64,000 bases of DNA from Eledone cirrhosa (lineage: Eukaryota). The notes beneath the pieces were generated by a model. The model saw only the letters and a program-made list of their open reading frames with translations. It searched no databases and had not been told where the DNA came from. Within the stretch, counting starts at the first letter, position 1. Every line of letters begins with the position of its first letter. Positions 25,457-38,000 of the stretch are shown piece after piece. The translations under genes were made by a program, and so were the position numbers. The DNA is taken from NCBI GenBank assembly GCA_964016885.1, contig OZ024744.1:33914001-33978000 (forward strand), written 5' to 3'.

Positions 25457-27507
25457 TTGAAAAATATAACAAAGGAATATGTAAAAATCATGGGTCCGAA
25501 AAATCGGAGACAGAGAGGACGACTGACCAACTAGCTGTCTTTACCTCAGCCAGTCGCCCTCAAAGTGATGGCAACTCAGTCTACTAATGACCATCTGGTG
25601 AGGGGGCGAAGGCTTATAATGCACTACCACCACTCCGTCAAAGAATAAAAAAGGGAAAGAAAGAAAGAAAAGAAGAAAGAAGAAAAAGAAAGAAGTCAGG
25701 CATGCTAGAAAACGCCGCGAAAAATATTCCAGAAAATCTATATTTTAACAAAGGCATATATAATGGGTGTCTGTATGGCCTAAAGTGTGAACAGAAAATT
25801 GGAACGTTAAATTTATGTTACGTGTTATAGGATGAAATTAAATTAAAAAATAATAAATTGAAAAATGATAAATTGAAAAATAAATTGAAAAAATTAAAAA
25901 ATTATTAGAAAATTAAAGGGTAAGGTGGCGGGATTTATTTAATGAACTTACAGAGAGAGTTTTATATGAAAAAGTTAATCTCGATAAGATATCAGGATGC
26001 GATCTGGAGTAAAGATTAAAGCCTTCGATTGTGAATCCCAGCCAGCACCTCCTAACCACGTGTCAGCCAGTTTCGAGTGGTATCGTCCATCGAAAGAAAT
26101 GGAAATTAATTTTTCCGAGTACTCTAGGAACGTAGCTACCTTAGGCCCCGGGTGTGCTAGCGGGAATTCTACAATTTCGACAGGCCATCGTCTATATCAA
26201 ACGAATACTATTAATTCACACATGAGGGGTTTATTTATGAGGGGTTTATTTACGTGCCAGTAGAGGCATGATACAGCTAACAATTATGCCTAAGCCTGGA
26301 GTTTATAGGTATAAGTATAATATGGCGGTCAAAACAGGCGGCGCGGCGGGCCCGGGGCAAAGCAATCCGCTCCGAGTAACTTCGTTTACCGAAAGAGAGG
26401 AAATTTATTTTTCCAAGCACTCAAGGAAGGCTGAAATTTCCGAGCGGCCATCGCGCAGCCGGGAAAAGCCACCACATCAATCGAAGGTAGCAAAACCCAA
26501 TAAAGAGTGCAAATAGACTATAATTATTTTAAAGTCCCAGTTAGTCCAGGTTATAAGTAGTGTGGTTCCTTGGTGGGTAGGGGCTATGAAAGGTACATAA
26601 TGACCTGAGTAAAGAAAGTTACAAATAAATAAAAGCAGGATACAGAGATAAAATACAAAGATAAAGAATACATTGATAAAAATACAATAATAAACTAATA
26701 AAAGTAGAAAGTAAAATACATAAATAAAACGTCTTCATAGCTAGGGTAGTGATGTAGTAAAACGGAAGTATATAAGAACATATCGGAGGAATCAGAGCAA
26801 AGGGGAAATACAATATAGATCAGGTTATAGTAAGATAATACAGGTTGTATATATAGATATAGAGGATGGAAGAGATGCAATGGTAACAGGTTATACCTAG
26901 TGTAAAGTTCGAGTCTCCGAATTCAGTGAGTCACAAAAAAGTCCAGAGGTATAGAGTAGAGAATTCAGTCAATACAATACATGCTTTAGTATAATACATA
27001 GAATTTTGTCGGAATCCGAATATTCCCGACAAGGAAGCATCATTGGATCGGGTGGGCGGTAGACAAAGCACAGAGCAGCCAAAATCCGAATGGTAAGTAG
27101 ATCAGTTAATCCCATGCTGGCAATAGCTGTACACTGAAGTCAGTGCCGCTGTTCAATATTACATTTGAAAGTGCTCAACATTATTGGAGCATTATTTCTT
27201 TAGGTTTGTTGGTTCACCACTTGATAGAATCGGTGTATATATATATAATTATTTAATTAATTAATTCCTCATTGAGCCACATTGTGAATGGTCGCAAAAA
27301 ACACACATATATATATATATATGACTTTGTCTAGTTTGTGTATATGTAAGGCAGTATTTGGCTGCGCTTTCTAGCAACAAGCCCACTCGCCGCAAGGCAC
27401 CAATCACATTCTTTCTGACTTGACCACTGCCACGTCACAGTTCTTAGCCATTTTGAATTCGTTTCTGGCGGGGATTATATAAGAAAAATCTTCGTCCAAG
27501 TGAGTTT

Positions 27508-27590
27508 GTTTCCTGATGATTTCGAAACTCGTGAATTTATCCTTGATCGGATATTTTCAAAATGCGAATGAAACCTCATGGGGTAGAAAC
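27508..27590 (+). ncRNA. Type I hammerhead ribozyme with long stem II loop
   Basis: GUUUC-CUGAUGA-uUUCG...CGAAu-GAAA-CCUC(au)GGGG-UA-GAAAC. Confidence 0.68.
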
Positions 27591-27881
27591 GTAACTTTGG
27601 TATGCTTATGTACATTTTTTCTTCTAACTTTGATTTTATACCTCATTCTGTATGGTTGACGATATATTTAATTGATTTCCACGTGCTATTAGAAATGGTG
27701 GGTAAATATTCTATAGTTGTTGATCGCGAATAGATAGCTGTAGTTTATTTATCTATTATTTTTTCATAGGTACCTTTTAATCTTATAGCCTGGTTTAATT
27801 GTTTTTTTGTGTGGTTGATTATGCTAATTGGGAGAGGAGATGGTGTATATATTTTATCAAATGATTCTATGAACATACTTT

Positions 27882-27971
<90 letters not shown>

Positions 27972-28002
27972 AAAGAATAGAGGTGTAACACACAAGTTAT
28001 TA

Positions 28003-28266
28003 TATATTGGTAAACGGAATAGAAAATGCTGACAAATTGTTCACAGTTGAAAAATAGTTTAATTAGGAATAAAAGAGTATTAGTAATTGTATTGGTTAGT
28101 ATTCAGTTGTGGTTTTAAGTTTTTAAGAAATGCGCAACCGGTAAAAACTTAAAACCACAACTGAATACTAACCAATACAATTACTAATACTCTTTTATTC
28201 CTAATTAAACTATTTTTCAACTGTGAACAATTTGTCAGCATTTTCTATTCCGTTTACCAATATATA
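28003..28266. repeat. Perfect ~123-bp-arm fold-back (same family as 17584)
   Basis: Arms at 28003-28125 and 28142-28266. The spacer is agaaatgcgcaaccgg. Confidence 0.9.
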
Positions 28267-28287
28267 TATATATATACATACATATTT

Positions 28288-30305
28288 ATATATATGGCTG
28301 TATATATAGTAAACCCTTGCTATTCGCGGGGTTTAGGAAACAAGAACATCCGCGAATAGTAAAATTCCGCGAATAGTAGACACTTCCTAGAAATATTTAT
28401 AATTGCTTATATTTATAGTTTAAATCCTAAATATCCTCAAGCTATGATCCCAAAACACTTTAATATCGTTTCAAACTCATCTTACAACATTGCCCTTAAA
28501 AATAAATGGTTTACAGTTAAGCACGTACAATATACTCCAACAATCCTCACACTTACTAAGGGGTAACTTTATTAATGAGAACATATTTAAAATTACATAC
28601 TGTAAATCATTTGGGTATTCACCAATAATTAGGCGCTTCATGAGGAGCTGCATATTTCGACGGGGCTTTCTTGACGGGCTTGAGGGACATGGTAATCGGT
28701 AGCTGCTCTCACTGCTTCTTCATGGCGACAAAGAGGGTTTTATACGTCTGCATGATAGTGTCGATGGTATTGCAGAATTTTATGGACCGTTCCATATAAG
28801 GATCCCATGTTTCAGCCTTCTCTTGCAGTTCCCTTGATATCCTCAAAAGTTCCGACAGACGTTCCAATGTCAGGTCCTCCTCCTCCTCCTCAGGGTTTGT
28901 AACTGAGGCATCACTTCCTCTTTGATGGCAGACTTGGTCAACTCCACCAAATCCTCGTCATTTAGGGAGTCGGATTGGCTATTGATGAGGGTTCTGACCT
29001 CATATTCCAAGATGTCCTCGAAACCTTCCCCACCAGGCAGTTTCGCTAATGTTACTGCCGTATCAATGGCCTCGTATTGGATTTCTTCAGGAAAGATGCC
29101 TCTGTAATAATTAACGCATTCTGGCCATAATCTTTTCCAACACACATTAAGGGTTTCTTTTTTCATGTCCTTCAGAGATTGGCCGATGATGGTTAGACAT
29201 GGCGATCGTGAATTTACACCAATAACCCCTTCAGCGTAAATTCGTTGTCTGTATTTATTGATTTCACAAGATATTGGAGAGAGTTGCGGGTGTACAGCGC
29301 CTTGAAAGGCACGGATCATGTCCTATTTCATAGGATGGAGGAGGGAAGTGGTGTTGGCAAAGGGGAACTTGATACCAACTCCCTCGTAATACAAATCCAT
29401 AGGGTGGCGGCAAGGATCGTCCATGGTTAGCAACACCTAGAACTCCATACACAAGTTTCTGAGGTAGTCCTTGACTTGAAGGATTAGCTCTGAAGGAACC
29501 AGTTGGATGTAAGGACTTTGGTGATCCAGGCCTTGGCATTGTTCATCCAATATACAGGCAGCAGATTCTTATTTTTATTCTTGAGGGCCCTAGGGTTCCA
29601 ATCTTCTAGATAAGTCCTGGTTTGAGCATGGAGCCAGCAGCATTCTTACACATAATAAATGTTACCCTGTCCTTCTGTGATTTGAATCCTGAGGTATGTT
29701 CGAGAAGGCACCCTCTTCCAGAACAAGCCAGTCTCGTCCATATTAAACACATATTCCGGATGGTTGCCATTCTCCTTAATTAATTTAATAAAGGTCTCAT
29801 GGTACCTCTCGGCCGCTTCTGTGTTGGTAGATGCTGCTTCTCCATGTAAGGAAACACTCCTCAGTTTGATCTGCTTCTGAAAGCTGTTCAACCAACTCTT
29901 GCTTGCTAGAAGCCCTCCACGTGGTGATGGGGATAGTTCTGCTTTCTCTTCGTTAGCTTTGTTTAGGCCTTCACTTTCTTGTACGACACCGCCTTCTGTA
30001 AAGAACTGCTGGTATAGTTTCTTAGCCTTCTCCTGGATGATGTTGCCATCTAAGAGGATGTTTTCTTTTCCTGCAGTCTGTAAACCACATGGCCAAGGCA
30101 GACTCAATCCTTACGATGTATCTATCATGCACAATCGTAACCGCCTTAACACTACCGCAAAAGTTAGTTTCTACACCATTCCGTTCTTCATTATGTACCA
30201 CATAGTACTCTCATTCCCACCATAAAGGCGGAATTCTATGGCATAACGTTTTCCTTCTTTGAGCACATATTGGAGGCTTACCTTCTCCTGAAGTGTCATA
30301 ACACT
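28288..30305 (-). mobile_element. Decayed Tigger/pogo DNA transposon
   Basis: MTLQEKV...NESTM (HTH), ASKSWL...SLHGEAAS and FNMDETGLFWKR.PSRTY (DDE_1). A TIR-like agtaaacccttgctattcgcgggg is at 28288. Confidence 0.88.
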
Positions 30306-30559
30306 GACAGCAGGTGCGAGCCGCGCGAGGTTGAGTGGCTGTTCCAGCGCGTCTCTTTCAGGGTCCCCAGGGGCAATATATTCCCCATATTGTCGCATGG
30401 AACCATGAGGTAGAGGGTAAGATAGTTGGAGGTGGAGGATACTCATTCGGACGTCACATATATATACATTTACAAATGAATGCAGATTTATCAAAGACGT
30501 ATAGCGACCCGGCTTGTGACCCCTTTCAATAAAATACAACAGAGATGATCTCTCAAAAT

Positions 30560-33400
30560 CAGTCGTTACCTTAGCAAGTGCAACAAAAACAAAACGGAAA
30601 CAATAACTGTCAACGAATATAAGATAAGGGAAGCTAAGCAGGTGTTAACGAGAAGTCGGAGAATCAGCCTCACACCTCCATCTGATGAGCTGGAAAATGC
30701 AAGATGTTGTACACTTACATACCGTTAATTTTGACTGAAGTAACCCTAGATGGAACGCACCACTGAGTCTCAGATCCAAAAGGTTTTCAATTGCATAAAA
30801 CTCTTCGCTCGAGGCCGGAGATTTGGGACGGTAGACGTATTTTTGAAAACTCAAGAGGAAGCCAGACAACACTCCCTGGTACCACTGAGGAGTGAAGAAC
30901 TGTCTCTGTCACCGACGTAAATATCAGAAAGAACCAGGTACCGCATATAATAGCTATTCCATGGCTAGTGGCAGCTGTCCACATGGACGTTGAGGATAGC
31001 ACACACATTATAGAAGTGAAAATAAATCAAACTGGTCAGGATCGGGGATGGATCTACTTATTCAAATGAATCGAGAAAATACTGAAGCCAAACTCGATAT
31101 AATAGACAATGTGGACGGAACCCACCTCCGCCTGACCGTTGTGGACAGAAGTCCAAAGTGCACACACGTGATTCAAAAACCCACTTCAAGACTTTCTGCC
31201 CATAACAGGCAACGAAGGAAACAAAGACACCACCCCCACCCAGCATTCTAAATCAATATTTCAAGAGAAAGTCATCAAAACAACCGGTGGCCACAATCAG
31301 CTCACCAACATCTACACCAACACCAACACTAAAAATAACAACACGAGGAAGAACAGAACATGCTAAAAATCACAACTGTCCGAGCTGCTCTCAGAGTGAC
31401 GAAACCGTCCAGCATGCAATCGTCCAGTATCCATGTATTGCTGACATGTAGATTTACATCGAACACCTACTGTTACGGGACGTAACCGGCTATCAGATGA
31501 GTCCACTGTGAAGATTGACCCACCGCCTTCCTTTATCCGAGAAAAATATGCAGCATCAACAGTACCAACAACAACAACTGTACCTATAACAATAATAACA
31601 ACAGCTGAAACATCAACAACAAAAGCAGTTGAGATAACAACAGCGCTATCAGCACCACAATTGACACAACAACAGATATCACAAGCACCAGCATCGTCAT
31701 CCAGCCTCCGCAACAACAGTAAATACTAAGCCAACAAAAAGACACAACCTTCACAAATTATAGAGTCATAAACACAAGGCTACCTATTCAACGACCCCAG
31801 GTCACTGAATATAAGTGTGGTGACCATAAAAGACACCAAATTTCCGCCGCTTGAGCCTTCGCACTCATTTATGGGTGCTGCAAGGTGTACACATCTCCAA
31901 GCCGTCCAGAATCTGGAGGATAAGTCACTTGTTGTTTCGGAAAGGCTTGGATCTCACGAAAAGGACAAACTTCCAGGACCCAGAAGGTAAGATGGTGGTA
32001 CTAAATGTGACCAGCAGTGAACGGTATGCCTTTAAGCTTGTCTATACCCCGACAGGGGCCGAATATCTAGATTTCTCCAGGCTCCGTGAGACGTTTCTCG
32101 GAACTTATTTCTCTTTAGTGTTAGTGAGCGGTTGGAGCGGTATCTTAGTCGCAGCCTGAGACTGTGATGATGTAGCAGAAAGGGGTGTAAAAGCCTCAGG
32201 CAGGTACCGAATGGATTTCTTGAATGTGCCAATAGATTGGTGAATTAATTAAGCAGGCTTTCACAACAATTGGTGGTTTGCCCTAAAAAGGGCGATTAGT
32301 GTACAATCGATTAGGTTTAGTAAGGGAGAAGCGATTGCGGAAACTAGACTAGAGGGTGAGCTAGTTGAAAAACTAGAAGAAGCGTTAAGGAAATGTGACA
32401 AAACTCACGTGCTATTAACGAGATTACCTCCTGAACAATCTTTCAATGCAATGGCATCAAGACATCGCTAACAAGGACATGGGCTCTTAGACAGGAGAGG
32501 ACGAAAGTCGTTCAATAGACTCGAGCAGCAGAGGCACAAGGTAGCAAAAGAGCCAGAATGCGGTGTTTGGAAGAACATGAGGGTCGCATCGTACTCAATC
32601 CCAAGTAGATTTGTGCGGATTTTCAGCAACACTGTTCGGGAGCCGTGGTGGGCCGGATCACAGAATGGACCTTGACAGCCTACCCGGCTTTCAGCCATGG
32701 AGGCGGAGTATTGGGAAAGCTAATAACAACCACTAAGATACGGGAGGCAACATAACTGTCCGGGGGGTACGTCATTGTGTAAGCATAGTTTGCCCTAAGT
32801 GTTATACGCCTACATGCCAAGTCATGTCTGCTGACCTCTGTCAGACGTCTACTGCAAATGGCACGATTGCCAGTTCTGTGGGTACATTTTCAAGGTTGTA
32901 TCACGTTATTTGTGTCCAACATCAAACACATTGAGATGATCAGCATCACTCTGATGGAGTGCGAAGTGGTATCAAAGAATTCCACGTTAGCGTGCTATAG
33001 GGGACTAGTGATGGGTAAGTGAGACGATATTCTCGTAGAAATTTTGGGCCTCAACGAACTCGAATTAATTAGAACTTTTGAGCCGGAGTCTATGGACAAT
33101 TACTAGAAATCCCTGGTTTGGAACACTACCAGGGAACTCTACCGTTTCGAAATATATTCCATAGACACGGAAATGCTGCCAGACGGACCTGTCCACGATG
33201 CGCGCTGAGCAATGAAGCCGTTCTGTACACACTCGCCCAGTGTCCGTGCATTAATGTTTTCTGCAGTTTTGTCGAACAGATATGTTCTCATGTACAGGAT
33301 CTGACTATCGGTCGATTCATCGTGAGGATCACCCCGCCGCCTTCTTCTGGCCTGGATAGACAGGAGGTTTCCCTGTGTAAGATGCCAATGGCAAAAAAGG
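30560..33400 (+). mobile_element. Heavily decayed, internally deleted L1/Tx1-clade LINE
   Basis: ORF1-like GTHLRLTVVDRSPKC; APE-like DPEGKMVVLNV...VYTPTG...LVLVSGW; C-terminal TCPRC....EAVLYTLAQCP (zf-RVT-like). Confidence 0.7.
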
Positions 33401-33809
33401 TTTTCTCAGTTTTTTTCAAACACTTTTTGATTGGACTATTAGTTTTTTTGTTTATTGTATATTTTAATATACTGTTTGTTGCTAAATCGACCAGAATCTC
33501 AAGGAATTGATCAGCTTTTTTCCTTTTCCTGCCATACGAGATAGTAATGTATTTTTACTCTTTATGATGTATATACACTGTTTTAGTCAAAATGTAGAAA
33601 ACAGCACTATGACTACATCACATGGAAAATTAAAATATTTGATACTACAAATTTTCAGAAGAATATGTCCTCTAGTAAAGATAGCATAAACATTTGAATT
33701 AACGGCTCTGTTGTGAGACATTTTGTACAAAATTATTTCAATGTTCTGAAAGTTAAAAGGGAATAGTTTGGGTTTTCTGGCAGTGGTGTTAAACCAGCCA
33801 ATTAATTAG

Positions 33810-33960
33810 GATTAGGAGTGGTTCCTCCGTGAACATCCACACAGTTTCTGTCTTCACAATTTCCCTCACAATATTAGGGTCGATTTGATGTTTTCGTAGA
33901 AGGTACTTCCCGACATTATTGCATTGTGAGATCAAACTAAAAACCATGTGATGGCGACAG
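33810..33960 (-). mobile_element. Old SINE remnant
   Basis: cacagtttctgtc...ctcacaa...gtagaaggtacttccc...aaccatgtg resembles, from recall, a common octopus SINE on the minus strand. Confidence 0.4.
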
Positions 33961-34087
33961 CTATTAAAAAGGATCTAATAAGCATGTTGCAAGGTTTCTA
34001 ATTAATCACTTAATGTCTTTACTTTAAAATATGAATATCAATTATACTTAATAAATAAATACATTTTCCATGACAATTTTTATACAG

Positions 34088-34263
34088 GTTGTTATAGAAC
34101 ATTTATGTTGAAATCATATAGTTTTGTTATCTTCGGATTTACCTACAAAGCATTGGTACCCCGATATCACCATATTGCAAACGCCAGCTGTGTGGTGGAG
34201 ACATGTCCACATTTTTATCGAAGTTCTCTAATGGATTCTTGGGAGAAACTACCTATAGTAGAG
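34088..34263 (+). CDS. Probable internal exon of a host gene (uncharacterised protein)
   Basis: Acceptor ttttttatacag| and donor GAG|gtaagg. The open 176-nt frame reads CYRTFMLKSYSFVIFGFTYKALVPRYHHIANASCVVETCPHFYRSSLMDSWEKLPIVE, with no TE motif. Confidence 0.6.
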
Positions 34264-34400
34264 GTAAGGTTTATGTATATATATATATATATTTATCTTT
34301 TCCATAACTTTGACTAACAACACATCATTTATCTCGTATATTTCCCGTTTTCTTTCTTTACTTACTCTCATCTCTCTCTCTATATGTATATATAACAGCT

Positions 34401-34493
<93 letters not shown>

Positions 34494-34998
34494 TATATAA
34501 TAGTTAGTCACATGTGCTTACACCGTATTTGACTATATAAGATCGTCTGTTAGTTGGGATTTTAAAAAAACCTCTGAATGTGAAAAAGGATGAGCATTGC
34601 CGTACATAGGACACGAACCCACACCCTTGGTCTACCTGACAAATGTTAACCAAGTGTTAACGATTCCACACACTTTAATCCACTCAATTAAAAACTATGA
34701 TCATATATAAATATAATGTGTATACATATATATTATATGCTATACGTGATGCTTTATGTATTGCATTCGATGTCCACGTGATGGTCCAGGTCAGTCAAAA
34801 TCTTTTCCTGAGTTCAGTTTTTTTCGTTGCTATGGCAATGCGGCTGGACTGTCGGTCGCTATATTTGATTTGCAAAGCTGTCTAAACGTATTGTTATAAC
34901 TCTGGGGTTATATTCTCCATCGAGTGCTAAGGTGATTCCGAATCTGCATTCGTTAGCTTAGCCGCAGCCAAAAGCTTCGTTAATGCTGTACTAAAACT

Positions 34999-35050
<52 letters not shown>

Positions 35051-35053
<3 letters not shown>

Positions 35054-38000
35054 TTATCTATAAAAGGTAGATTGTTGTTGTTGTGTGTGTGTGTGCGCGC
35101 GCATGTTCCATGTTTATACATTTGCACAATTTCAAACCGATTCGACTCAAACTCTGTAAGAATGTTGTAAATGGTCTAACTTAGGTCAACGACTATTTAT
35201 TTATTTCAAAACCACCCACAATTACGGAAATAATCGATAAAACTAAATACATGACGCTTTACCCCTCTAATACAATCGGATTTTCTCTCACTACACCCCT
35301 TAAAAATCGAAAAAAAAAATACATGCTGCAACCTACCCACTCCTTACTAATTTCCATTAGAGAGAGAGAGAGAGATAAAAAATAAAGGAGTGACCCAGAG
35401 AATGAGAGACAGAGACAAACGTTAAATACATGACGCTTTACCCCTCTAATACAATCTGATTTCCTCTCACTACTCCCCTTAAAAATCGAAAAAAGAAATA
35501 CATGCTGCAACCTTCTCTTATATACGCTTAAGTGAGAGACAGAGACAAACGTTAAATACATCAAAAGCAGCAGATAAATTTATTCAACAACTAGAAAAAT
35601 AGCGACAAATCTTTTTTTAAAACATCTATAATCCAACTCACACACAATTACATTTTGTGTATAACATATTTACACGTTTATTGAGTGAAAAAAAAACCAC
35701 ATAGGGATTTTTGGCTAAACAACTTCACATTGCTGACAGAAGCGCGCTTTCAACAAACTGTGAGTTATTTATTTGCCTCTGTAAGAATGTTGTAAATAGT
35801 CTAATTCAGGTCAACGACTATTTATTTATTTCAAAATCACCCACAATTACGGAAATAATCGATAAAACTAAATACATGACGCTTTACCCCTCTCTACTCC
35901 CCTTAAAAATCGAAAAAAAAAATACATGCTGCAACCTTCTCTTATATACGCTTAAAATCTTTTTTTAAAACATCTATCATGCAACTCACACACAATTACA
36001 TTTTGTGTATAACATATTTACACGTTTATTGAGTGAAAAAAAAACCACATAGGGACTTTTCGCCAAACAACTTCAAATTGCTGACAGAAGCGCGCTTTCA
36101 ACAAACTGTGAGTTATTTATTTACCGTTCGTTCTCCCATTTTTTTCCCTGCGGAACGCCGACAGTTTTCAGCCTTATACTTTCAAAGGCAATTTTGCTGT
36201 AGAAGTAACTTTCACCCTTTCTTTTTCACATAAAATGCCACCTAAAAAGAGAAGTCGCCTCGGTCGCCATACCGCGTCAGCGGCGGCGCAGAGAGCGACT
36301 AGAGCAAACGAGTCCCCCGAGGAAACTGCTTTAAGACTTTCACAGAGCGCCGTAACGTTCAGCAGAATGCAGAGCTGCTGAAAGTTTTCAACAACGCACC
36401 GCACGCCTAGCCAAGATGGCTTCATACGACGCCTCGAGACGTGCTGCGATGTGCGATTCAGAGCGGGCGATACGTCATTCCCTCAAAAAAAACGCTTCTA
36501 CTGCTGCTTCCGGGACTTCAGAGGGCCCGGAACAAAGGCCGACTCCCCTGGCTAGAAACGCTGCTGCTACTGCTGCTTTCAGGGCTTCAGAGGGCCCGCA
36601 AAAATGGTCGACTCACCTGAATAGAAACGCTGCTGCTACTGCTGCTTCCAGGGCTTCAGAGGGCCCGGAACAAAGGGCGACTCGATTGACTAGAAACGCT
36701 GCGGCTACTGCTGCTTCCAGGGCTTTGGAAGGTTTGGAACGGTGGACGAATCGCCTTGCTAGGAACGCTGCGGCTATGACTGCTTCCATGGCTTCTGAAT
36801 ATGCAGACGGGCGCTCCATTAGGATTGCAAGGGTGGCTTCTGCTACTGCTGCGAGAGCTTCCCACGACCCACAAGAGCAACATTCTACGTTGGAGCGGAG
36901 CAGTCGACGACAAGAAGCTGCCCGCGGTGTGACGAGTCCCAACAGCCCATACTGGCACCTACGGGCTTTCAAGTATGAGCCCAACGTTAACTACTCGATG
37001 CGTACCGACATAATTATAGGGGAAATGCGCTTCAATTGCAAATTCTGCAATGCTAAAAAGTGGGCTGGGGAGCCACCTGCAATGTGCTGCTTAAACGATA
37101 AGGTCAGCTTGCTCCCTCTTGGGGAACCGCCAGAGCCTTTGAAGGAACTACTTACTGGTTCTACCTCAAGGTCATCCAAATTCCTTCAACTCATCAGGAA
37201 GTACAATTGTGCGTTTCAAATGACTTCTTTCGGGGCTAACGTTGTCAGAGAAAGTGGTTGGATGCCTACCTTCAAGGTCCAGGGGCAGGTGTACCATCTT
37301 ATTGGGTCGCTCGAGCCACTACAGAATTGCAAGCCTTCGTTCCTTCAAATTTACTTCATTTCTAACTACAGTAGGCAAGTTGATGCGCGGTTCGGCGTTA
37401 TTCAACACCTGCAAACACTGACGCTGACACTTTTGAAAGGACGTGCTGCTCGGTCGGTCTTCAAAACATGCTTCATGAGCACAACAGCTATATTCGCAGT
37501 TTCAAATACGCATTGGAAACAAACCCTTCACCAAACTTCACCATTGTCATCGATGCTGACAAAAGACCTTCTGGGGAGCACGCACGCCGTTATAACGTTC
37601 CTTCGTGCAATGAAGTGGCCGTAGTTATCCATGATGAACAGCACAATAAGCGAGACATAGTTCTTCTAAGCCGTGACAGTGGTCTTCGACGTATTAATGA
37701 GACGCATCGTTCATGCGACGCCCTGCAGTATCCCCTTCTTATTGCATACGGAGAAGACGGGTACCATGTCGGCATTCCTCAGCGCAAACCAAACGAGCCC
37801 ACTGCTGCGACATCTAAAACTGTTTCATGCATGGCTTTGTACTCATACCGCTTCATGACGAGGCCTAACAATTTCAGCACCCTGCACAGATCACGGGAAC
37901 TGTTTCACCAGTTTGCAGTTGACATGGCTGCAAAGATGGAGTCGGAGAGACTGTGCTTCATAAAATTGAATCAGAAGCAGCTGCGCTCAGACTCCTACAT

